A DNA stretch of 24,000 nucleotides from Actinomycetota bacterium (GCA_009668945.1 SBEH01000004.1:83830-107829); one strand, 5' to 3'. Numbered from the stretch's first letter, positions 15,880 to 24,000 are shown. The notes: generated by a model not told the origin, from the letters alone. Translations and numbers: made by a program.

Positions 15880-16875
15880 GTGGCGACGACGACGCGCATA
15901 CGCGACGACATCCGGTACGGCTACGCCGTCGGGCGCGTGCGCGTGCTCGAGGGGCGGCTGCTCTCGCGAGCGACGTTCGAGCGGCTGCTCGATGCGCCGG
16001 ACCTGCGGGAGCAGAAGCGCGTGCTGGCCGAAACGCATGTGGGGCGCTACCTTGAGGGCGCGGAGACCGCAGACGAGGTGGAGCGCGCGCTCGAAGCCTC
16101 GCTGACCGACCTCTACGACGAGTTCCTCGAGCAGGCCGATTTGCCGAAGCCGGTCGTCGCCTTCTTCCAGGCGCCGCATGACTACGCGAACCTGCGCGCG
16201 GCGCTCAAAGCCCGCGTGCTCGACGCGCCGACCTCCGGCCTGCTTTCATCGCTCGGCTCGGTCCCGCCGGAGGCGTATGCCGCAGACGGTGTGGCGTTGC
16301 CCGAGGAGATGCGCGATCTACTCACCGCGTACGACGGCGCCGAGGAGGCCCCTTCACTCGACGATCTCGAAGCGATGGTGGACCGCGCGTTGTTCGCGGC
16401 GCTGACCTCAGCGGCGAGCGCGAGCAAAGTGCGCTTCTTGCGCGAGCTGGCGACGCTCCGTATCGATCTCGCGAACGCCAGGCTGCTCGTGCGGTCGCGC
16501 ACTAAGGCCCTGCCTCCCGCCGAAGTGATCGGCCGCATGCTCCCGGGCGGCTCGCGCGCCCTCACGGAGCTCGCACCTGACGCGCCTCGAATGAGCGCCA
16601 GCGAGCTCGCCGAGGCACTGGTGCATTCGCGCTCACTCGGCGCGCTCACCGAGGCCGACTTCACCGACGTCGAGCGCTTCGACATCGCCGCGGACGGCGT
16701 GCTCGCCGCCCGGATGCGTGCCGCGCGCCAGGCGGCCGGTGGTGCCGAGCCGGTGCTCGCGTACGTGCTCGAGCGTGAGGCCGAGGTGCTGCTGCTGCGC
16801 ACGGCGCTCGTGGGACGGCTCGCCGGCCTCGACCGCGAGAGCGTGCGGACGCGGCTGAAGGAGCGGTTGTCGTGA
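15880..16875 (+). CDS. atpC: V/A-type ATPase subunit C (d-subunit homologue)
   Basis: 331 aa. The N-terminal YGYAVGRVRVLEGRLLS is typical of the C/d subunit, with a repeated helical-bundle pattern. Its stop overlaps the atpF start (GTGA). Confidence 0.85.
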   Translation: MATTTRIRDDIRYGYAVGRVRVLEGRLLSRATFERLLDAPDLREQKRVLAETHVGRYLEGAETADEVERALEASLTDLYDEFLEQADLPKPVVAFFQAPHDYANLRAALKARVLDAPTSGLLSSLGSVPPEAYAADGVALPEEMRDLLTAYDGAEEAPSLDDLEAMVDRALFAALTSAASASKVRFLRELATLRIDLANARLLVRSRTKALPPAEVIGRMLPGGSRALTELAPDAPRMSASELAEALVHSRSLGALTEADFTDVERFDIAADGVLAARMRAARQAAGGAEPVLAYVLEREAEVLLLRTALVGRLAGLDRESVRTRLKERLS

Positions 16876-17204
16876 GCGAGCGCCGGGTAGCGGTGGTCGG
16901 GGACGCGACGAGCGTGGCAGGCTTCCGGCCACTCGGCTTCGCGGTGTTCCCGGTCGAACGTCCCGCGGATGCGCGCGACCTCTGGCCTGAGGTCCTTCGC
17001 GGCGGATTCGGCGCGGTATTCGTGACCGAGCCCGTGTACGCCGAGACGGCCGACCTCATCGCGGTAATCGCGGACGTGCCCGTCCCCGCGGTAACGGTGA
17101 TCCCGGCCGCCGGCAGTGCCGGCGGCGTGGGCGCGGCGAAGCTCGACCGCGCCATCGAGCGTGCACTCGGCACGTCAGTGCCTCAAAGGGAAGAGGAAGA
17201 GTAG
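16872..17204 (+). CDS. atpF: V/A-type ATPase subunit F
   Basis: 110 aa. RVAVVGDATSVAGFRPLGF...AVFVTE... is characteristic of V-type F. It abuts atpA directly (TAG then ATG). Confidence 0.85.
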   Translation: MSERRVAVVGDATSVAGFRPLGFAVFPVERPADARDLWPEVLRGGFGAVFVTEPVYAETADLIAVIADVPVPAVTVIPAAGSAGGVGAAKLDRAIERALGTSVPQREEEE

Positions 17205-19082
17205 ATGGAACGTGGCACGATCGTGAAGGTCGCCGGCCCGCTGGTTGTTGCCGAAGGGCTGGCATCCTCCAAGATGTTCGACCTCGTGCGCGTGGGCGAC
17301 GAGGGCCTCATGGGCGAGATCATCGAGATGCGCGGCGACCGCGCTTCGATCCAGGTGTACGAGGAGACCGAAGGACTCGGTCCTGGCGATCCCGTCGAGG
17401 GCACCGGCGCGCCGCTTTCCGTCGAACTCGGCCCGGGCATGCTCGGCGCGGTCTACGACGGCGTGCAGCGCCCGCTCGACGTGCTCGAGGCCCAGGCGGG
17501 CTCGTTCCTGAAGCGTGGCGTCACTGCGCCCGGCCTCGACCGCGAGAAGCGGTGGGAGTTCGTGCCGGTCGTCGCCGCGGGCGCACAGGTGTCCGCGGGC
17601 GACATCATCGGCACCGTGCAGGAGAACGAGGTGATCGAGCACCGGGTGATGGTGCCGCCGACTCTCGCGGGTGAGATCGCGTCAATCGCGGGCGGAAACT
17701 ACACCGTCACCGACGCCGTCGCCACGCTCAAGCTCGCCGACGGCTCATCCCGCGATCTCATGATGCTGCAGACGTGGCCGGTGCGCGTCCCGCGTCCGTA
17801 CGCCCGCAAGGTCTCGGCCGACGAGCCGCTCGTGACCGGCACGCGCGTGATCGACACGTTCTTCCCGCTGGTGAAGGGCGGCGTGGCATGCATCCCGGGT
17901 CCGTTCGGCGCGGGCAAGACCGTTACGCAGCACCAGGTGGCCAAGTGGAGTAACGCGCAGGTGGTCATCTTCATCGGCTGCGGCGAGCGCGGCAACGAGA
18001 TGACCGACGTGCTGATGGAGTTCCCCGAGCTCACCGACCCGTACTCGGGCCAGCCGCTCATGAAGCGCACGGTGCTCGTGGCCAACACCTCCAACATGCC
18101 GGTGGCCGCCCGCGAGGCGAGCGTGTACACGGGCATCACGATGGCCGAGTACTTCCGCGACATGGGCTACGAGGTCGTGCTCCAGGCCGACTCCACGTCG
18201 AGGTGGGCGGAAGCCATGAGGGAGATTTCCGGGCGTTTGGAGGAAATGCCCGGAGAAGAAGGGTTTCCTGCATATCTTGGAACCAAACTGGCAGCGTTCT
18301 ATGAACGCGCCGGTAAAGTACAGTGTTTGTCTTCGGATGCGGGCGCGGATGGTGTCGGTCGCGGCGCGACGCGCACCGCGGAGTCTGAGGAAGCCTCCGC
18401 AGCGCGTCCTGTGCGCGAGGACAGCGACGAAGGGCCCGACGGTGCGGCAAGCGCGCCGCGGATGGGCTCCGTCTCCGTCGTTGGCTCCGTCTCGCCCCCG
18501 GGTGGCGACCTCTCCGAACCTGTGGTTCAGAACACGCTCCGCGTGGTGAAGGTGTTCTGGGCACTGCAGGACACGCTCGCCTACGAGCGCCACTTCCCGG
18601 CGATCGACTGGCTCACGAGCTACTCGCTCTACCTCGAGAAGCTGCGCCCGCACTGGGACGCGGACGTGTCGCCGGAGTACCGCGCGCGGCGCGACGAGTG
18701 CATGGCGATTCTTCAGCGCGAAAGCGAGCTCGCCGAGATCGTGCGCCTCGTCGGCCTTGAGGCCCTCTCCGCGGAAGAGCAGATCCTGATGGAGACCGCC
18801 AAGTCGATCCGCGAGGACTTCTTGCAGCAGAACGCGTTCCGCGACGATGACCAATTCTCGTCGCCTATGGAGCAGGACCGGCTGCTCAAGACTATCCTGC
18901 TCTTCCACGCCAAGGCGATTGAAGCGCAAGGTGCTGGAGTGACCCTCAAGGCGATCTTTGCAGCGCCGGTGCGTGAACGCATCGCGCGTGCGAAGTACCT
19001 GACGGTCGACGACCTGGCAGTCCACGACGAGATCGACTCGGAGATCGAGACACAACTCGTCGCCGGCGGGAAGGAGGTCTGA
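17205..19082 (+). CDS. atpA: V/A-type ATPase catalytic subunit A (with ~41-aa lineage-specific insertion)
   Basis: 625 aa. P-loop [17 protein letters not shown], Walker [26 protein letters not shown], and HFPAIDW. Confidence 0.95.
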   Translation: MERGTIVKVAGPLVVAEGLASSKMFDLVRVGDEGLMGEIIEMRGDRASIQVYEETEGLGPGDPVEGTGAPLSVELGPGMLGAVYDGVQRPLDVLEAQAGSFLKRGVTAPGLDREKRWEFVPVVAAGAQVSAGDIIGTVQENEVIEHRVMVPPTLAGEIASIAGGNYTVTDAVATLKLADGSSRDLMMLQTWPVRVPRPYARKVSADEPLVTGTRVIDTFFPLVKGGVACIPGPFGAGKTVTQHQVAKWSNAQVVIFIGCGERGNEMTDVLMEFPELTDPYSGQPLMKRTVLVANTSNMPVAAREASVYTGITMAEYFRDMGYEVVLQADSTSRWAEAMREISGRLEEMPGEEGFPAYLGTKLAAFYERAGKVQCLSSDAGADGVGRGATRTAESEEASAARPVREDSDEGPDGAASAPRMGSVSVVGSVSPPGGDLSEPVVQNTLRVVKVFWALQDTLAYERHFPAIDWLTSYSLYLEKLRPHWDADVSPEYRARRDECMAILQRESELAEIVRLVGLEALSAEEQILMETAKSIREDFLQQNAFRDDDQFSSPMEQDRLLKTILLFHAKAIEAQGAGVTLKAIFAAPVRERIARAKYLTVDDLAVHDEIDSEIETQLVAGGKEV

Positions 19083-19083
19083 C

Positions 19084-20505
19084 GTGGCCCGCGAGTACAC
19101 CACCACACGCGACATAGTCGGGCCGCTCCTGCTCGTGGAGAAGGTCGCCGACGTGACCTACGGCGAACTGGTAGAACTCGAGTTCCCCGACGGGACGCGC
19201 TCGCTCGGCAACGTGCTCGAGGTGAACCGCGACGTCGCGCTCATCCAGGCGTTCGGCGGCACGCGAGGCGCGAACCCGGCGCAGACGAAGGTGAAGTTCC
19301 TCGGCCGGTCGCTCGAACTCGGTGTGAGCCGGGACATGCTCGGGCGTGTCTTCGACGGCCTCGGCCGGCCGCGCGACGGCGGGCCGGAGATCATCCCCGA
19401 CGAGCGCCGCTCGATCTACGGCGACCCGATAAACCCGACGGCGCGCGACTTCCCCGATGACTTCATCCAGACCGGCATCTCCGGCATTGACGGGCTGAAC
19501 CCGCTCGTGCGCGGGCAGAAGCTGCCGATCTTCAGCGGCAGCGGCCTCCCGCACAACCAGCTCGCAGCGCAGATCGCCCGTCAGGCGGCAGTGCTGGCGC
19601 GAAGCGACGACGCCGGCAAGGCCGGCGAGAAGCTCGAGGGCGAGTTCGCCGTGGTTTTTGCCGCGATGGGCATCACCTTCGAGGACGCCGACTTCTTCGC
19701 CTCCGAGTTCCGCAAGACCGCGGCCATCGAGCGCGCGGTGCTGTTCCTGAACCTCGCCGACGACCCGGCGGTAGAGCGCATCGCCACGCCGCGCATGGCG
19801 CTTACCGCCGCCGAGTACCTGGCGTACACCTGCGACATGCACGTGCTCGTGATCCTCACCGACATGACGTACTACTGCGAGGCTCTGCGCGAGGTCTCGG
19901 CCGCACGCAAGGAGGTACCGGGACGCCGCGGCTACCCCGGCTATCTCTACACCGACCTCGCCACCATCTACGAGCGCGCGGGCCGCGTGAAGGGCCGCAA
20001 GGGATCGATCACGCAGGTGCCGATCCTGTCGATGCCGGATGACGACAAGACGCACCCGATCCCCGACCTCACCGGCTACATCACCGAGGGGCAGATCATC
20101 CTCGACCGTCCGCTGCACAGAAGCGGCGTCTACCCGCCGATGGCGGTCCTGCCCAGCCTTTCGCGCTTGAAGCAGAAGGGCATCGGTCCGGGGAAGACCC
20201 GCGAGGACCATGCGGACTTGAGCAACCAGCTCTTCGGCGCGTATGCGCGCGGCATCCAGGCCAAGGAACTCGCGGTCATCCTCGGTGAGGCGGCGCTGTC
20301 CGATACCGACAAGGCGTTCGTGGCCTTTGCCGACGCCTTTGAGGACCGCTTCATCCGGCAGGGCGAGCACGAGGAACGAAGCGTGGAACGCACGCTCGAG
20401 ATCGGGTGGGAGCTTGCGGCGCTACTGCCGCGCGCCGAGCTCAAGCGCATCAAGGATACGTTCGTGGAGAAGTACCTTGCGGCTGATGCGGGAAGTGGGC
20501 AGTAG
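19084..20505 (+). CDS. atpB: V/A-type ATPase subunit B (non-catalytic)
   Basis: 473 aa. Motifs [80 protein letters not shown] start 1 nt after the atpA stop. Confidence 0.95.
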   Translation: MAREYTTTRDIVGPLLLVEKVADVTYGELVELEFPDGTRSLGNVLEVNRDVALIQAFGGTRGANPAQTKVKFLGRSLELGVSRDMLGRVFDGLGRPRDGGPEIIPDERRSIYGDPINPTARDFPDDFIQTGISGIDGLNPLVRGQKLPIFSGSGLPHNQLAAQIARQAAVLARSDDAGKAGEKLEGEFAVVFAAMGITFEDADFFASEFRKTAAIERAVLFLNLADDPAVERIATPRMALTAAEYLAYTCDMHVLVILTDMTYYCEALREVSAARKEVPGRRGYPGYLYTDLATIYERAGRVKGRKGSITQVPILSMPDDDKTHPIPDLTGYITEGQIILDRPLHRSGVYPPMAVLPSLSRLKQKGIGPGKTREDHADLSNQLFGAYARGIQAKELAVILGEAALSDTDKAFVAFADAFEDRFIRQGEHEERSVERTLEIGWELAALLPRAELKRIKDTFVEKYLAADAGSGQ

Positions 20506-20508
20506 CGC

Positions 20509-20715
20509 GTGAGCGACGGGACCATCAGAGTCGTTCTGCTTGCGGCCGTCGGGCTGGCGGCGCTGCTCGTCTTGGGCTACCAGGTCTTCATGCTGCGCTG
20601 GACGAAGAAGACGGCAGGGTCGGTGCCCACGATCGTGAGAGTACTACGCGTGGCCAACGTCATCCTGATTCTCGGCACGGCTGTGATGGTCGTGTGGGTC
20701 CTGGCGGGCAGGTGA
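20509..20715 (+). CDS. hypothetical 68-aa two-TM membrane protein encoded between atpB and atpD
   Basis: GTG 20509 lies 3 nt after the atpB stop. The stop at 20713-20715 is 8 nt before the atpD ATG. Two hydrophobic spans flank a basic loop (RWTKKTAGS). Codons are GC3-rich like the neighbours. No family recognised. Coding status is inferred. Confidence 0.55.
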   Translation: MSDGTIRVVLLAAVGLAALLVLGYQVFMLRWTKKTAGSVPTIVRVLRVANVILILGTAVMVVWVLAGR

Positions 20716-20723
20716 GATAGAGG

Positions 20724-21365
20724 ATGCCACAGATCCGCGCCAACCCGAACCGGATGGAGCTCCTGAAGCTAAGGCGCCGCAGTGCCACGGCGCGCCGCGG
20801 CCACAAGCTGCTGAAGGACAAGCTCGACGAGCTTATGAAGGAGTTCCAGGCGCGCATCTCCGACAACCGTCGGCTCCGTCGCGACGTGGAGAGCGATCTT
20901 GCTGGAGCATTCGGGCTGTTCGCGCTTGCACGTGCCGAAGCGGGCAGCGCGGCGCTGGCCTCGGCGCTCATGGCGGGCGAGGCCGTGCCGCTTCTCGGCG
21001 TGACCGAGAAGAGCGTGATGAGCGTGCGGGTGCCCGTATTCGCACTCGGCACGCTTCCGGAGCCGGGCGGCTACTCGCTAGCAACCACGCCCGCAGTGCT
21101 CGATACCGCCCTCGACCGTCTCGCGGCGGTCGCGCCTCGCATGATCGACCTCGCGGAGCGGGAGAAGGCGATCGAGCTTCTGGCGGCCGAGATCGAACGC
21201 ACTCGCAGGCGCGTGAACGCGCTCGAGTACGTGCTCATCCCCACCATCGATGCGACCATCCGCGACATCACGATGAAGCTCGACGAGGCCGAGCGCGGCA
21301 ACCTCACGCGCCTCATGAAGGTGAAGGACATGATCGCCCGGCAGGAGGCCTCCGGAGGGCGGTAG
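20724..21365 (+). CDS. atpD: V/A-type ATPase subunit D (central stalk)
   Basis: 213 aa. N-terminal PNRMELLKLRRRSATARRGHKLLKDKLDEL and C-terminal RRRVNALEYVLIP...L.E.ER are typical of V-type D. Confidence 0.92.
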   Translation: MPQIRANPNRMELLKLRRRSATARRGHKLLKDKLDELMKEFQARISDNRRLRRDVESDLAGAFGLFALARAEAGSAALASALMAGEAVPLLGVTEKSVMSVRVPVFALGTLPEPGGYSLATTPAVLDTALDRLAAVAPRMIDLAEREKAIELLAAEIERTRRRVNALEYVLIPTIDATIRDITMKLDEAERGNLTRLMKVKDMIARQEASGGR

Positions 21366-21369
21366 CGCG

Positions 21370-22419
21370 TTGAGGGTGCGCACGACGATGCTCGCGGCGG
21401 GTGCGGTGGCGCTTGTCGCCGTCGTGGCGGGCGCGGTCACGCTGTCCGTCCTGTGGAGCGCACCGATTCGGCCGAGCTCCTCCGGTTCGGCGGAGACGAC
21501 ACAGACACTCGGCGCCTCCGAAGCAACGGCGTTTCCGGGGATAGCGGCGGCAGACCAGGCAAGCGCGCTCGTGGCGCTGCCGGTACGCCCGCTCGCCGAG
21601 ACACCCCGCCGGGCCTTCAGCGCGAGCGCCGCGATGGCGCACGTGCGCGTGCTCGAGGCGTTCGGCGTGCGTGCGGGCGGGTCCGAGGCCGAGAAGCAGG
21701 CGGCACTCTACATCCGCGACCAGCTCGTCGCCCTCGGCCTCAACGCGCGTATCGAGGAGTTTCCGCTCCCCAACGGCGGAACGAGCCGCAACGTGGTGGC
21801 GCGCGTGAAGGGCTACAGCGACACCGTGCTGGTACTCGGCGCGCACATGGACACCAAGCCGCCATCGCCCGGTGCGAACGACAACGCGTCGGGCTGTGCG
21901 GCTCTGCTCGAGCTCGCTGCGCGGCTCGCGGAGGATCCTGTCGTGCCGACGGTAGAGATCGTGTTCTTCGGCAGCGAGGAGATCATCGGCGGCGACCCGG
22001 ACGCGCATCACTTCGGCTCGCGGTACCGGGTGTCGCAGATGTCGGCGGCAGAACGCGCCAACTGCGCCGGCATGATATCTGTGGACATGATCGGGTACGG
22101 TCCGGACTTCCACTCGCGCTCAGCGGGCAGGGCGCCTTTGACCGTCTCGGACGGCGTGCTCGCGAAGGCCAGGGCGCTCGGCTACACCATGACGTTCAAG
22201 AAGGACACGTCGTCATACGGAATGTCGGACCACGAGGCATACGAGAAGGCGGGAATCCCAGCCGCGGTCGTGTGTTGGCGCGATGACCCCGTGTATCACA
22301 CTGCCGAAGACACTTCGGGGCATCTGTCGGAGGCCAAGATCCGCGCTGCGGGTACGGTCGTGCTCGAGTACGCCCGCGGGCTGGGCGAGACCGAACTGGC
22401 GGCGCTAACGGCGCGGTAG
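21370..22419 (+). CDS. M28 family zinc aminopeptidase, N-terminally membrane-anchored/secreted
   Basis: Motifs: LVLGAHMDTK, GANDNASGCAALLELA, VFFGSEE, ISVDMIG, MSDHEAY. N-terminal hydrophobic segment LAAGAVALVAVVAGAVTLSVLW. The start is ambiguous: TTG 21370, GTG 21376 or ATG 21388. Confidence 0.85.
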   Translation: MRVRTTMLAAGAVALVAVVAGAVTLSVLWSAPIRPSSSGSAETTQTLGASEATAFPGIAAADQASALVALPVRPLAETPRRAFSASAAMAHVRVLEAFGVRAGGSEAEKQAALYIRDQLVALGLNARIEEFPLPNGGTSRNVVARVKGYSDTVLVLGAHMDTKPPSPGANDNASGCAALLELAARLAEDPVVPTVEIVFFGSEEIIGGDPDAHHFGSRYRVSQMSAAERANCAGMISVDMIGYGPDFHSRSAGRAPLTVSDGVLAKARALGYTMTFKKDTSSYGMSDHEAYEKAGIPAAVVCWRDDPVYHTAEDTSGHLSEAKIRAAGTVVLEYARGLGETELAALTAR

Positions 22420-22618
22420 CGGCGTACCGCCTATCGGACGCAGAAGACCGTTCGTCGCCCGCGCCCTCTCGGTCGTCAGAACGTGCCGTACGAGCCTAAA
22501 GTCGCTCCTGGCAAGGGCCGATTACTGCACCGTCAGGATCAACTGATACGAACCTGACGACCAGTCCGGCCCGACGACGGCGCCCCTCCGTGTATAGGGC
22601 CGGACCCAAACTCGCAAC

Positions 22619-22642
22619 AGGCCCCGGAGCCGTCCGGGGCCT
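22619..22642. terminator. GC-rich perfect hairpin, candidate factor-independent (bidirectional) terminator between convergent genes
   Basis: AGGCCCCGGA (22619-22628), loop GCCG, TCCGGGGCCT (22633-22642). On the minus strand it lies 54 nt downstream of the TldD/PmbA stop and is followed by GTTGCGAGTTTGGG. There is no canonical U-tract on either strand. Confidence 0.4.
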
Positions 22643-22695
22643 CCCGCATTCCGGGGGAGCGTGCTGCGCACCGGGCAAGCGGCTGCGGCGGCCCG

Positions 22696-24000
22696 CTAGC
22701 CTGTCTGGCCGGTGAACTCCCAGCGGTCGAGCAGAAGCGCTGGCACCAGAGTCGCGCCGCCCTCTCCGGGCCCCACGAGCACACGCTCGGATCCGACTGC
22801 GCCCACGTGCGCGAGCGCCTCCAGTACTGCCTGCGTGAAGCGCAGGTTCTTGAGCGGCGCGGTCAGGCGCCCGTCCTCGATCAGGAAAGTCCCGTCGCGC
22901 GTCATGCCGGTGAGCACGAGCTTCATCGGGTCCTCGACGTTCACGTAGTGGAAGCGCGTGACGTACACGCCGCGCTCCACGGACGCGATCATCTCGTGTT
23001 CGCTGGCCGCGCCCGACGCCATCGCGAGGTTGAGCGGCAGCGGGCCATCGAAGTTGGGAGCCGGGAGCGCGTGGCCGGTGTTGGGAAGACCGAGCTTCGC
23101 GGCGTAGTACGAGTCCGTGACCGGGCTACGCGCGATGCCGGCTTCGATAAGCGGGACGCGAGTGCGGGTCGTGCCTTCGAAGTCGAACGGCAGGCCGATC
23201 GTCTCGGGCGCGAGCGCGTCGTCGGCGATGGTGATGCGTGAGTCCGCCATCGGCTCGCCGATGTGTCCCGAGAGAAACGAGCTGCCCTCGTCGATCGATT
23301 TCGCGCCGAATCCGAGCCAGCCCATGAACTCCAGGATGTCCGACACCGCTTCCGGTGCGAGCACCACGGCATACACGCCCGGGTCGAGCGGCTGCGGGTC
23401 TGAGGAGCGCGTCGCGATGTCGGCAGCGCGTTCGCCGAGGTGCTGCGGGACGAATCCGGCAGTGTCCGCGCCGAGCCAGGACGCCCATCCGCTCCCGCCG
23501 CTGCCGCCCATCGCGAGCACGGTGGCGCGCACGTCGCCACCAGCGGCCGCGCGTGAGACGCCGAGGGTGTTGGCGACGGCGAGCGTGTAGAGGTTGCGCG
23601 CCACCGTGCCGGCGGCCGTGAGGCCGCGCCGCGCCGAAGGCGCGATGATCCCCGCCGCGGCCTCCGCGCGCGCATCCGCGCCGTAGGCCTCCACGCCCGC
23701 GAGGCCGCGTGCGGGATCATCCACGCGCCCGCCTGCGGGCAGGCCGGGGAAGTGCGGGTCCTCGGGCGCGTGGTGCGCGGCATCAACGGCCGCCGCCGCG
23801 CAGTGCTTGAGGCCGGCGTCATCGATGCGGTTGGTGCTCGCGACGCCGGTGCGCCGGCCGAGCACTGCGCGGATCGCGAGCGTCGTGTCGGATTCGGCGA
23901 CGTTCTGGTGGATGCGGTTGCCTGCGAAGCGCGTAAGCGCCGAGTCGCCGGAGGTCACCACCGCCTCGGCGGCGTCGGCAGCCGTGAGCCCTACGGCGCG
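22696..24000 (-). CDS. TldD/PmbA family metalloprotease; N-terminus outside window
   Basis: The frame stays open beyond the GTG at 23961 to the window edge (RAVGLTAADAAEAVVTSGDSALTRFAGNRIHQNV). TldD/PmbA-like blocks are present: FDFEGTTRTRVPLIEAGI, NTGHA, GVYVTRFHYVN, LTGMTRDGTFLIEDG. Confidence 0.85.
   Translation of the reverse strand, partial: RAVGLTAADAAEAVVTSGDSALTRFAGNRIHQNVAESDTTLAIRAVLGRRTGVASTNRIDDAGLKHCAAAAVDAAHHAPEDPHFPGLPAGGRVDDPARGLAGVEAYGADARAEAAAGIIAPSARRGLTAAGTVARNLYTLAVANTLGVSRAAAGGDVRATVLAMGGSGGSGWASWLGADTAGFVPQHLGERAADIATRSSDPQPLDPGVYAVVLAPEAVSDILEFMGWLGFGAKSIDEGSSFLSGHIGEPMADSRITIADDALAPETIGLPFDFEGTTRTRVPLIEAGIARSPVTDSYYAAKLGLPNTGHALPAPNFDGPLPLNLAMASGAASEHEMIASVERGVYVTRFHYVNVEDPMKLVLTGMTRDGTFLIEDGRLTAPLKNLRFTQAVLEALAHVGAVGSERVLVGPGEGGATLVPALLLDRWEFTGQTG

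Noticed and set aside
18324-18470. Possible intein in atpA. VMA/A-subunit genes are classic intein hosts, and the insertion follows a Cys.
   Set aside because: The extra sequence is only about 41 aa, far below even mini-intein size. It lacks the terminal His-Asn plus Cys/Ser/Thr junction and any Hint or homing-endonuclease blocks. It is better described as a disordered loop.
17745-20370. Very long antisense ORFs opposite atpA and atpB (17745..19115, 456 aa; 18946..20370, 474 aa).
   Set aside because: The translations are Arg/Ala/Gly/His-rich low-complexity sequences with no recognisable motifs. They lie exactly antisense to strongly supported, motif-rich ATPase genes. Stop-codon depletion on the antisense strand is expected in high-GC3 genes.
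22564-22642. Possible actinobacterial 6C RNA (two hairpins with C-rich loops).
   Set aside because: Only the first loop is moderately C-rich (GCCCCTCC). The second hairpin has a GCCG tetraloop rather than a run of six or more C. It does not match the motif as I recall it.
22496-22784. Small minus-strand ORFs in the M28-TldD intergenic region (60 aa and 81 aa).
   Set aside because: They are Arg/Pro/Gly-rich with no SD or hydrophobic or structured pattern. They coincide with GC-rich hairpins, and one overlaps the TldD/PmbA C-terminus in another frame. RNA structure is the more likely explanation.
1-24000. Search for tRNA/rRNA genes, CRISPR repeats, IS or transposon termini, integrases and toxin-antitoxin pairs.
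   Set aside because: No T-loop (GGTTCGAAT-like) or cloverleaf candidates were seen, and no regularly spaced direct repeats. No transposase or integrase-like translations appear in any frame. GC content and codon usage are uniform apart from the atpA patch, so there is no evidence of a mobile or defence island.

Overview
High-GC window with strong GC3 codon bias, densely packed with housekeeping, cell-envelope and anaerobic energy-metabolism genes. The gene content (NfnAB, ApbE, V-type ATPase) suggests an anaerobic Actinomycetota/Coriobacteriia-like genome, but that is a low-confidence inference. Order of features: prs (5'-truncated by the window edge), rplY(ctc) and pth. Then a coiled-coil M23 peptidase (-), a DUF4870-like membrane protein and an ApbE lipoprotein (-). 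Then nfnA-nfnB, an orphan LytTR response regulator, and an ACT/UPF0210 pair (-). Then DUF951 and a translationally coupled CapA-like/M23-like pair (-). A complete 10-gene V/A-type ATPase operon follows (G/H-like, I, K, E, C, F, A, B, a small membrane ORF, D), with an M28 peptidase gene appended 4 nt downstream. The window ends in a TldD/PmbA gene (-) that runs off the 3' edge. I found no tRNA/rRNA, CRISPR array, transposase/integrase or defence-type genes, and no clearly novel multi-gene system. The features existing families explain least well all sit in the ATPase operon: (1) a 68-codon two-TM ORF between atpB and atpD; (2) a sharp ~120-nt patch of A/T-ending codons inside atpA; (3) a ~41-aa low-complexity insertion directly after that patch. 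Secondary items: a full Na+-binding signature in the K proteolipid, a structured operon leader, a hairpin-rich convergent intergenic region, a recurrent TATACT -10 box, and uncharacterised conserved pairs (ACT+UPF0210, CapA-like+variant M23). Many long ORFs in the six-frame track are antisense or alternate-frame artefacts typical of high-GC DNA.
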